Shown: positions 26,619 through 33,927 of the stretch, piece after piece
Numbering within the stretch: position 1 is the first letter of the stretch
Layout: every line of letters starts with the position of its first letter
Assembly (NCBI GenBank): GCA_003153215.1
Contig: PLXL01000110.1
Location: 4,571-44,294, forward strand
Reading direction: 5' to 3'
Length of the DNA stretch: 39,724 nt
Source of the DNA: Candidatus Dormiibacterota bacterium
Lineage (GTDB): Bacteria > Chloroflexota > Dormibacteria > Aeolococcales > Aeolococcaceae
Notes under the pieces: generated by a model
What the model saw: only the letters and a program-made list of their open reading frames with translations
What the model was told of the DNA's origin: nothing
Databases searched by the model: none
Translations under genes and position numbers: made by a program

Positions 26619-26986
26619 GCCGTTCGCGGCCATGCTGACCACCGCGGTGATGATCATGTCGATCACCGCGCTGATGCCGGCGGTGATGCTCACCGTCATC
26701 ACCGTGCCGCTGACCGCGGTGCCGTCCCCCGCCCCCGTGCCGCCCTCGGACCTCCCGCCCCTCCCCCGTCCTGCGATCTCTTCTGCGATTTCGGGGGTCC
26801 CCGCCGTATTCAGCCTGATCTCAGCCGCCCCAGATGCACGCCTCAGAAAGCTATGAGGGGCCTGAATTGCCGCGGGGGTCGCTGGAGTCAACCGTTCAAA
26901 ATCACTGTCAACCGGTGAAAAGAGCCCTCTCTGCGATCTTTCTGCGGCCCCTCGGGACAGCATGAGCGGGGTCGTCACCACCGCCG

Positions 26987-27310
26987 TCATCCGGCCATCC
27001 TCCTCGCGACGACCAGCGCCCGCGGCCGGTTGGACGCCCTTCCCGCCAGGTCACGACGAACCATCGACGGCTCATCGACCGGCGCTACCAGAAACGACTC
27101 GACGCCCCATTCCGCCATCGGGCCGAGCAGGGCGGTGATCCGGCGCACCACCGCGGGGTCGGTGATGGGAGGCGGCGGGGCGAGCGCCACCAGCGGCTGC
27201 CCTGCGACCGATGACTGACGCGCGCAACCGCCGGGCTGCGTGGCCACAGACATCGGGTCCAGTCTGTCCAGGGCGCGCGTTGTCATACCATCTCCCGTGT
27301 CGCTTTGCAC
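26987..27310 (-). CDS. hypothetical protein (107 aa)
   Basis: A sampled 60-nt window has codon-position GC of about 70/45/80 percent in this frame, typical of real high-GC coding. No motif recognised. AT-richer non-coding DNA lies on both sides. Confidence 0.45.
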   Translation of the reverse strand: MQSDTGDGMTTRALDRLDPMSVATQPGGCARQSSVAGQPLVALAPPPPITDPAVVRRITALLGPMAEWGVESFLVAPVDEPSMVRRDLAGRASNRPRALVVARRMAG

Positions 27311-27663
27311 TTCCTGCCGCTGTCTTCTTCGGCGGCGCTGCCACCGTTACAGTACGGGACCCCCCCGAAATGGGTCAACCAACAGTGGCTTGTCGGTTCC
27401 GTGGCGGAGTCGTAAAGAACTTCCGGATTTGTATTCGGAAAACCCGTCGCCACCGGTCTCTGAAAAGCCCTGCGAGTTGGCTCCGGATCACCAATCGTCC
27501 GCGCGGACGTCAGCTAACGATGCGAGAAACTGCCGCCGGTGGCTGTTTGTTGCATCGATAATCCGACGGGGAGGGCGATTGTCTGGCCCCAACGTGAGGC
27601 GTCGACCCCGAAGGATTCCCAGGAGGTAATGCTGGCTCGTCTGGCGGAGGCCGATACCTGAGC

Positions 27664-29130
27664 CTAGGAGTTCACCGAGAAGGCGGCCTCATAACCCAGG
27701 GCTGCGAGATCCTCGTAGACCACCGTGGGCGCGACTCGGTTCCATCGGTGGCCAAGGAGCAGCGCCAGGCCCATCGGAGCAGCGATGAAGAGGTGTATCC
27801 GCCGGTGTCCTTTCACCTGTTGACGGACAGCGTTGCGCATCCCGATCGCGAGCGCGCATGCCTCCTCGGCACCGGCCACGGCGTTATCCCTCGGCCCGCC
27901 GACCGGCCCGAGGACGACCAGACGCGAAACCGGCAGAGCTCGATCACGTATCCAGGCGGTCACATCGTCCGCGATGGGGGCCGAGACCTCGATTGCCACG
28001 GCCAGATCCTCGCCCTGGTCGATCGCACGGTCAGTGGCAACCGGTGTGGTCGGCTCCGCGTACGAAGCGTCCGACCGCCAGAGTTCTCCCCGTTGGACCG
28101 CCGCGACGTCAACGCCGGTGACCATCCTGAGCGCGGCCCCGACCGCGAATGCCGGGGCCAGGCGCATGCTCCCCGTGACGACGACGCGCTTCACTGACCC
28201 TAGTTGAGATGGGATCGCCTGGATCTCCGCCTGCAACTCGGCCCACGTCGCGGGCGGCCTCGGGCGTCGCTTGAGGTTGGCGTCCTCCCCCTCGAAGCGG
28301 TCCACCCAGTCGATGGCGTAGAGAGCGTGCCGGGCGAGGGGATCGGGCAGAAGTGTGGCGATGGACACGATTGCCCTCGCGTTGTCGACCCGCAGCCCGC
28401 GCGCCTCGATGGCCTCCTGGATGGCGCTGAGGGTGATTTCACGACGTCCGGCGACGACCTGTTCGACGACGAAATCGATGCCAGAACTGATAGCCGCGGA
28501 GTCGCCACGCAGCCCCGCGATCGTCATCTCGAGACTGACCACCTGCTCCAGACGCTCCGGGTCAAGGCCGAGATCGAACTGGAGTACAGCCAGTAGGCCG
28601 AGCAGGTCAGCCCCGCTGAGGCTGGCGGCGCTGGCCCATCGGGCGCGCGCCCGTCCCTTGGCTGAGAGCGGACCACCTTCAGCAGCCCTCGGCACGAGCA
28701 GCCGTGTTCGCGAATCCCGCCCGGCCACAAGGAGGTCTCGGTGATCCGTCTGCCGGTTGGTGACGATGGCCAGTTCCATCAGCTCCTCCGCGACCCGCAG
28801 AGCCTTCCACGTGGTGGCTATCTTCGCCAGGATCGAAGGACCGCCCGAACTGCTCGGGTCGGTGAGGTAGGCGGTGTTCACCGGCGTTGTGCTGTCGACG
28901 GCGTATTTGACCTGTTTGTACGTGTGCGGCGGTCGGCCCCGGTGTATGACCACGTCATCTAGGTTGCCGACACCATGCACCTCGACGCCGACGCCGACGA
29001 TCGGGTTGTCCGCCCCCTTGGCGGCATCCAGCAAAGCAGCCACGCAGGCTTCCCAGGCCACGAGCCACTGGAATCGGTCTCCCGCTATGCGGACGCCCGT
29101 GGCGCTCGGGGGTGGCAGCGGTCCTTTCAT
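27664..29130 (-). CDS. cap4: Cap4-like CBASS effector: N-terminal DUF4297-type PD-(D/E)xK nuclease fused to a SAVED sensor domain
   Basis: N-terminus: GDRFQWLVAW...VGVEVHGVGNLDDVVIHRGRPPHTYKQVKY (E / D / QxK nuclease triad pattern). C-terminus: RRIHLFIAAPMGLALLLGHRWNRV, the SAVED-type ending. The start is taken at Met 29130 (MKGPLPPP), sharing 1 nt with the upstream stop; the first 110 aa of the track ORF are junk-like. Confidence 0.75.
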   Translation of the reverse strand: MKGPLPPPSATGVRIAGDRFQWLVAWEACVAALLDAAKGADNPIVGVGVEVHGVGNLDDVVIHRGRPPHTYKQVKYAVDSTTPVNTAYLTDPSSSGGPSILAKIATTWKALRVAEELMELAIVTNRQTDHRDLLVAGRDSRTRLLVPRAAEGGPLSAKGRARARWASAASLSGADLLGLLAVLQFDLGLDPERLEQVVSLEMTIAGLRGDSAAISSGIDFVVEQVVAGRREITLSAIQEAIEARGLRVDNARAIVSIATLLPDPLARHALYAIDWVDRFEGEDANLKRRPRPPATWAELQAEIQAIPSQLGSVKRVVVTGSMRLAPAFAVGAALRMVTGVDVAAVQRGELWRSDASYAEPTTPVATDRAIDQGEDLAVAIEVSAPIADDVTAWIRDRALPVSRLVVLGPVGGPRDNAVAGAEEACALAIGMRNAVRQQVKGHRRIHLFIAAPMGLALLLGHRWNRVAPTVVYEDLAALGYEAAFSVNS

Positions 29131-30050
29131 CAAGGCTGCGGGCGGAACTCGGGCGTCGCGCTCATCCCCTTGGCCACCCTGACCAGAATGTCGGCGGTGA
29201 GCGGTCGGTCCGGGAAAGCGGCCATGACGGCCGCCGGGACGAGCCGCTGCGACAGGTCCGAGTAGGTAAAACCGGGTTCCGAGCCTCGCGGACCGGTCAA
29301 GCTCACCAGCTCGGCGATGGTGCGCTCCCCGATCTTCATGCCGTCGAGAGCTGAACTCAGAACGGCTCGACGCTCGGCGTCCCCCGGCCGGCTGAAATGG
29401 AAGATGTCGGCGGCACGCCTGAGGACGGCCGGGTCGAGGGCGCCTTCTCGGTTGGTGCACATGACAACGATGACCGGCACGTCCTCGCCGGCCAGGGTGT
29501 CCACGCCGGCGAGCAGAGCGTCTACCCCGGCCCGATCCTCGTGATGCATCTGCCCAGCAGCGCGGGACTGCGCGAGCGCGTCGGCCTCGTCAACCACGAC
29601 GACCAGTGCTGAGTTTGGCCTCTTGCTGCCGCACGCCTTGCGACCCTCGGTCAGGACGTGGGCGAAAGCGTCGGCGATGCGCGTCGTCATCTCGCCCACG
29701 AGGCCGCTTCCTCGGGCGGTCAACTTCAGTCGGTACAGGTAGACGGGAAGGTTGAGCGTGTCAGCCATCTCGCATCCGAACGACTCGGCGAGTGCACTCT
29801 TGCCGCAGCCGACCTCCCCGGCGAACACGAAGAGTGGAGGCCGGTCGCGGAACAACTCCAGTGCGGGCAGATCGCCCCCGTGGTGCTGCTTGGCCCAGGT
29901 ATCCAGCAAGCGATGGTCGGCCAGGAGGGAAGCCTCACGGCGCAGGCGATCCTTGATGCCGTCGAGCCCGACCAGACGGCGGTACCGTTTCGCGCGGACC
30001 GGTTCAGGCAGCTCGATGACCGGGTGGAAAAGATCCTCGACGATGCTCAT
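29130..30050 (-). CDS. TRIP13/Pch2-like AAA+ ATPase (Cap6-like)
   Basis: Walker A FAGEVGCGKSALAE; Walker B LVVVVDEADAL; sensor-1 VVMCTN; Arg finger LDPAVLRRA. About 306 aa from Met 30050 (MSIVEDLF). It sits directly after a HORMA-sized gene. Confidence 0.7.
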   Translation of the reverse strand: MSIVEDLFHPVIELPEPVRAKRYRRLVGLDGIKDRLRREASLLADHRLLDTWAKQHHGGDLPALELFRDRPPLFVFAGEVGCGKSALAESFGCEMADTLNLPVYLYRLKLTARGSGLVGEMTTRIADAFAHVLTEGRKACGSKRPNSALVVVVDEADALAQSRAAGQMHHEDRAGVDALLAGVDTLAGEDVPVIVVMCTNREGALDPAVLRRAADIFHFSRPGDAERRAVLSSALDGMKIGERTIAELVSLTGPRGSEPGFTYSDLSQRLVPAAVMAAFPDRPLTADILVRVAKGMSATPEFRPQP

Positions 30051-30060
30051 GGCATTCCCG

Positions 30061-30576
30061 TCAGAGGGCCTGGTACACGTCGCGGGTGACCCCGACGCCG
30101 TTACGGGCGTAAGTGTTACCCGATGTCGTTGTTCCCGTTCGGGTCGCCGCATCTTCGCCGGGTACTCGCGGGACGGGGAGCGTAGCTTTGACTGCAGCCT
30201 GCTGACCGGGGTCCAGGGTGCGCTCGAACGTCTCGCTATACGTCAGAACGGAGTGGAACTCGTACCCGCTGACGGAGGCGGTTGTTGGGAGGGATCCGGT
30301 TCGTCCATCAACGAGTTGCCCCCCGGCGGTCGCCACGTAGCGAAGGCGCAGCTTCCATTCATATGTCGAGCGATCAATGAATCCGTACGAGACCGCCCCC
30401 AGATAGCCGTCCTTCAACAGCAAGGCCGCCTCCTCGACGTAGTTGTCGATGTCAGCCAAAGGGGGCTCGCCGTACAGGCCGTTCAGTTGGCGCAGGTCGG
30501 CACCAATCTTGCTCGCGATGTAGCGTGCTTCGGTGATCGTGAAAGTGGTGGTCCGTGTGCCTATGTCTGCCATCAT
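30061..30576 (-). CDS. 171-aa protein, candidate bacterial HORMA (Cap7-like)
   Basis: Only the last 171 aa of the 512-aa track ORF are protein-like (MMADIGTRTTTFTITEARYIASKIGADLRQLNGLYGEPPLADIDNYVEEAALLLKDGY...). It has an ATGA overlap with the CD-NTase stop. Size and position (between CD-NTase and TRIP13-like ATPase) fit HORMA; the fold itself is not verifiable by eye. Confidence 0.45.
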   Translation of the reverse strand: MMADIGTRTTTFTITEARYIASKIGADLRQLNGLYGEPPLADIDNYVEEAALLLKDGYLGAVSYGFIDRSTYEWKLRLRYVATAGGQLVDGRTGSLPTTASVSGYEFHSVLTYSETFERTLDPGQQAAVKATLPVPRVPGEDAATRTGTTTSGNTYARNGVGVTRDVYQAL

Positions 30577-31580
30577 GCCCCCTCGAATCCAGGCCCGAAC
30601 ACCTCGCGCCAGGCATCGTTGGCGTCCCCCTTCGTGGGCGCCTGGATGCCCCAGACGACCGTCTCCAGGGCGGCCGTTGCCGCCGTCACGAGTCGCTGAC
30701 GGTCGGCTTCCTTGTAGGTACGAGCGACATTGTTGGCCGGATTGACAGGATCCCAGACCTGAATAGCGTCCGTCGACGCCGCCACCGCGCTGGCGGTGTA
30801 GAAGTCGGTGAACACGATCGGCGTCCGCAACCCGGTGCGGGAGATGAACGACAGCACCTGCTCGAAGGCCCGCGGGTAGTTGTGGACCGCGAGCGCCTCG
30901 CCGTTCCAGCCCTTGTCCCACAGGTGCGCCACGATCAATTCGACGAGGAAGCTCTTGCAGCGGAGCTGGTCGTCGACCCGCTTGGCCTCCCGCACCCAGG
31001 CCTTGAGCAGCCGGATCAACTCCCGGTACTCCGGTCCCGCCGCCTCCCGCCGCGTCCGCATGAAGCGGAGGTGCAGGGTCACCGACGTGAGCACCCGGTC
31101 CCCCTGGCGCGTGATCAGGTACCCACGGTCGTCCGGCTCGCCGGTGTACAGCACCGGCGCGACGTCGATCTTGAGCCCCGACCCCCGCAGGGTGATGCCC
31201 ACGGCGTGGTCTGAGATGACGAAGTCCTCGGCCTCCTTGGTGTCGCCGTACACCTCCCTGCACCGATCGCAGAGCCAGTCGAGGAGCCCGCTCTCCCCGG
31301 CGTCGACGCCCCCGACATTGGAGGCCCGCACGTAAGCGGCGACGTCGGCATCGGAGCCCTCGCGACGACGGCGCTGGATCGCCGTGTGCTTGGCGGTGCT
31401 GCCGGAGGCGCGGAGCTTGACCAGGTCGTAGGCTGGGTGGGCACCGATGTGGGCTTCGAGCCGCTCCCGAAGGTGGTTCACCTGGGCCCGCCGCCTTGCC
31501 GCCGCCTCCGAGGAGATGTTGACCTTGGAGGCGGCGTAGGCGGCCAGGACGGTGTGGGTGACGTGGTTGGCCGGCATCAA
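30573..31580 (-). CDS. cdn: CD-NTase (cGAS/DncV-like SMODS nucleotidyltransferase)
   Basis: Pol-beta NTase triad: GS in LRASGSTAKHT, DxD in EGSDADVAAYV, third Asp in GLKIDVAPV. C-terminal helical KSFLVELIVAHLW is typical of CD-NTases. The likely ATG at 31577 shares 1 nt with the upstream stop. Confidence 0.8.
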   Translation of the reverse strand: MMPANHVTHTVLAAYAASKVNISSEAAARRRAQVNHLRERLEAHIGAHPAYDLVKLRASGSTAKHTAIQRRRREGSDADVAAYVRASNVGGVDAGESGLLDWLCDRCREVYGDTKEAEDFVISDHAVGITLRGSGLKIDVAPVLYTGEPDDRGYLITRQGDRVLTSVTLHLRFMRTRREAAGPEYRELIRLLKAWVREAKRVDDQLRCKSFLVELIVAHLWDKGWNGEALAVHNYPRAFEQVLSFISRTGLRTPIVFTDFYTASAVAASTDAIQVWDPVNPANNVARTYKEADRQRLVTAATAALETVVWGIQAPTKGDANDAWREVFGPGFEGA

Positions 31581-33607
31581 GAGTCCTCCCCAGCGGCAAT
31601 CGTCACCTCATCCACCACCGGCGACGCATCGGCGTCGGCCGAGGTTCCCTGCCGGTTGATGGCCACCCGCTTCCAATGGGCGACCTCCGTCCGGACCTCG
31701 TCTAGGTCGTCCATGATCTCCTGGGCGCTGGACATGGGCCAGCCACGCTCCTCGACCAGGAGCCCAGTGACCCCTAGCGGATCCTTGATCTCGTCGACCT
31801 CCTGGCGAAGGAACCGCGTCGCCTGAAGAACCTTCATCTCGTGTTGCTGAAGTGCCGTTTCGGGCGTCTCCCCGGGCGGAACGGGCATCGGCTCGGGCTC
31901 GTTCCGGTTCGGCACCAGGTCGCTCCGCAGCCGGTCATTGGTCAGCTCAGTGGGCAGCCCGTTACTCGCGAATACCACGTCGCCGCGGCCGTCGACCGAC
32001 CGGGGATTCAGGATGCCGGCGCGCGAATCCGCCACCACCCGGTAGAGCTGGTGAACCCCCCGCTCGGAGGCAAGCATGCCCAGGATGATCTGATCCACTC
32101 CGCGGCGGTCACTCTGCCCGTTGTCCAGGTGCTGGCTGTAATACAGGGTTCGCACAACCCCCTTGCTGACCAGCCAATAGGCGGCCAGGAGGGCCAGCTC
32201 GATGCCCGCCGGCGTGTAACCGGAATTGCGGACGCCCTGCAGGGCGAGATCTCGGAGAGCCTCGGGAGACCGCCCGGTGTACGCCCAACTGAACTTGATG
32301 ACCTTGCCGTACAGCTCCTGAAGATCCTTCCGTGCCACGTCAGCCCGGCCGCGGTGGAAGGTCGCCCGCGCTGGGCGCAGTGCCAGATCAGCACAGACCT
32401 CGGCCAGCTTGGGATCTCGGACCCGCTGCATCTCCCGGTCGACCCGACGCAACCCCCTGGATGCGGCCTTGCGCCGAGCCATCACAGTGTGCAGGAGCTC
32501 CACGCTGCGCTCGTCGAACGAGGATGGAAGCCCCATTGCCCGAGCATCGCTGGCCGTGAGGTTCCCCTGATACCAGGCCACCGCCGGCTCGCTGACCCCG
32601 TCATCACGCAACTCGAGCAGCATGGCATCAGCCTTGGCCTCGATCTCGCCGGCGTCGGTCCACTCCTTGGGGTGCGAGACGTGCTGCAGACCCAGGTAAC
32701 CCTGGATGGCACGCCGGAGATCCGGCCCAACGTGCCCAATGACCACCTGAGCGGGGACGACCAATGCCCTCACCTTCGGGGGCGCCTCCTCTGATCCGGC
32801 CTGGACGCGACGAAGAGCGGCCGCCAGTTCCCCGAGCAGCCCCAGCATGCGCCGAGGATCGCGGCCGAACTCGTAGGCCGCCTGGCTCGACTGGATGCCG
32901 AGCAGCTGGTGGCAACTGGCGGTCCGGCTCGATCCGTCAACCGTGGCCAGGATGGCCACCTCTGGTGAGCCGTTCTTGTGGCGCACCAGCATCGGGATGA
33001 CGGTGATCGGGACCAGGACACCATCGAGCTCGATGTCCTTCTCGTAGGAGTTGGTCGCGAGCAGGTTCACCTGGGAACGGTTGATGGTCTCCGCCATCGT
33101 CTCTGGGTCGGCTGCCTCGACCACCATCACACTGGCGCTGCCCGCCAGCGGCTGGGGTGGCAGCAGAGCGGTCGACCCCCCGTCCCCCTCGATGAGCAGG
33201 CGGCGCTCCGCACTGTCGCGGGGGTTGGCCGGGGACGGCGTCACCATGTGGGAGTAGAGGTCCACTCGGATGACCTCCAGAGCTGAACCGCCCATGACTC
33301 GGACCATCGCCGGTTCCTGTAGCTCGCGGCGGGCCTTTGCCGGATCCACGACGGCTCGGCTCAGAGCGCGCGCTACGGACTCGGGAAGACGCTTGGCGAG
33401 CTCCTCCTCGAGCCGTCGCACGGCCGCGCTCTTGGCCGGCTCCGGGACCGTGCCCGGTTCCGAGGGTTCATCGTCACGGTCCTCGCTGGCGTCCCGTGCC
33501 TTGACCACCGGGACCTCCTGCTCGCCGGGGTCGAAGGCGACCCCGTGCGTCGTCTCGGAGCGGGTCGACGAGTTGGTGTCCATCTGGGCGTCAGAGATAT
33601 CGGCCAT
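31577..33607 (-). CDS. 676-aa protein with a candidate ParB/Srx-like N-terminal domain and a long helical C-terminus
   Basis: PITVIPMLVRHKNGSPEVAILATVDGSSRTASCHQLLG resembles the ParB-N/DndB core (h-h-VR ... h-l-DGxxRxxA). The N-terminus is acidic and looks disordered. AGGAGG lies 9 nt upstream of the ATG. The stop overlaps the CD-NTase start. Confidence 0.6.
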   Translation of the reverse strand: MADISDAQMDTNSSTRSETTHGVAFDPGEQEVPVVKARDASEDRDDEPSEPGTVPEPAKSAAVRRLEEELAKRLPESVARALSRAVVDPAKARRELQEPAMVRVMGGSALEVIRVDLYSHMVTPSPANPRDSAERRLLIEGDGGSTALLPPQPLAGSASVMVVEAADPETMAETINRSQVNLLATNSYEKDIELDGVLVPITVIPMLVRHKNGSPEVAILATVDGSSRTASCHQLLGIQSSQAAYEFGRDPRRMLGLLGELAAALRRVQAGSEEAPPKVRALVVPAQVVIGHVGPDLRRAIQGYLGLQHVSHPKEWTDAGEIEAKADAMLLELRDDGVSEPAVAWYQGNLTASDARAMGLPSSFDERSVELLHTVMARRKAASRGLRRVDREMQRVRDPKLAEVCADLALRPARATFHRGRADVARKDLQELYGKVIKFSWAYTGRSPEALRDLALQGVRNSGYTPAGIELALLAAYWLVSKGVVRTLYYSQHLDNGQSDRRGVDQIILGMLASERGVHQLYRVVADSRAGILNPRSVDGRGDVVFASNGLPTELTNDRLRSDLVPNRNEPEPMPVPPGETPETALQQHEMKVLQATRFLRQEVDEIKDPLGVTGLLVEERGWPMSSAQEIMDDLDEVRTEVAHWKRVAINRQGTSADADASPVVDEVTIAAGEDS

Positions 33608-33927
33608 TTCAGGCCTCCTGGTGGATAGCCGCGGTCCATCTAGCTGGGCTGCGGGTTGCCACCCGTCGCGCCCCGACGCCCTCTCCGGTGACCGATTACC
33701 GGTGCAGAACGGCGGTCGGCTTACCTTCGGTCCCTCGCCGATCGGCTCTCACTCGGTGGCTTGGCCTGCTCACCGGGATCGCGGCCTCCCCTCGTCGGCG
33801 GCCGTAGCGGCCGGCGTGGGTCGGGGTTAGGAGCGTTGGAGCTTTCGCCCACTTAGCATAACACCTGCCCCCTCGGTGGCTCGGGTACGGCGACGGCCGA
33901 TCCGCCGGCGTCGTAAGGCCCATCCAT

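Noticed and set aside
26584-26856. 90-aa plus-strand ORF (possible small hydrophobic protein MLTTAVMIMSITALMPAVMLTVITV...) downstream of the repressor
   Set aside because: It shares its wobble position with the open minus-strand frame, so GC3 cannot discriminate between them. The C-terminal half is Pro-rich low complexity and there is no RBS. Left uncalled, though a short TM peptide cannot be excluded.
25365-26990. 541-aa minus-strand ORF whose ATG overlaps the stop of the 107-aa gene (ATGA)
   Set aside because: It would run antisense through the entire LexA-like gene and overlap the Xis-like gene in another frame. Its 5' ~130 nt show no codon-position GC bias, and the middle part is Gly-rich low complexity. 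The ATGA overlap is probably coincidental.
27600-27663. Possible rho-independent terminator after the Cap4-like gene (CCTTCGGGG-type tetraloop)
   Set aside because: The stem is only 2-4 bp and there is no U-tract, so support is insufficient.
30061-31599. 512-aa ORF and the long N-terminal extensions of ORFs 27664..29460 and 29130..30152
   Set aside because: The N-terminal parts overlap the neighbouring real genes in other frames and are Arg/Gly/Pro junk. Only the parts downstream of the internal Met codons at 30576, 29130 and 30050 look like proteins.
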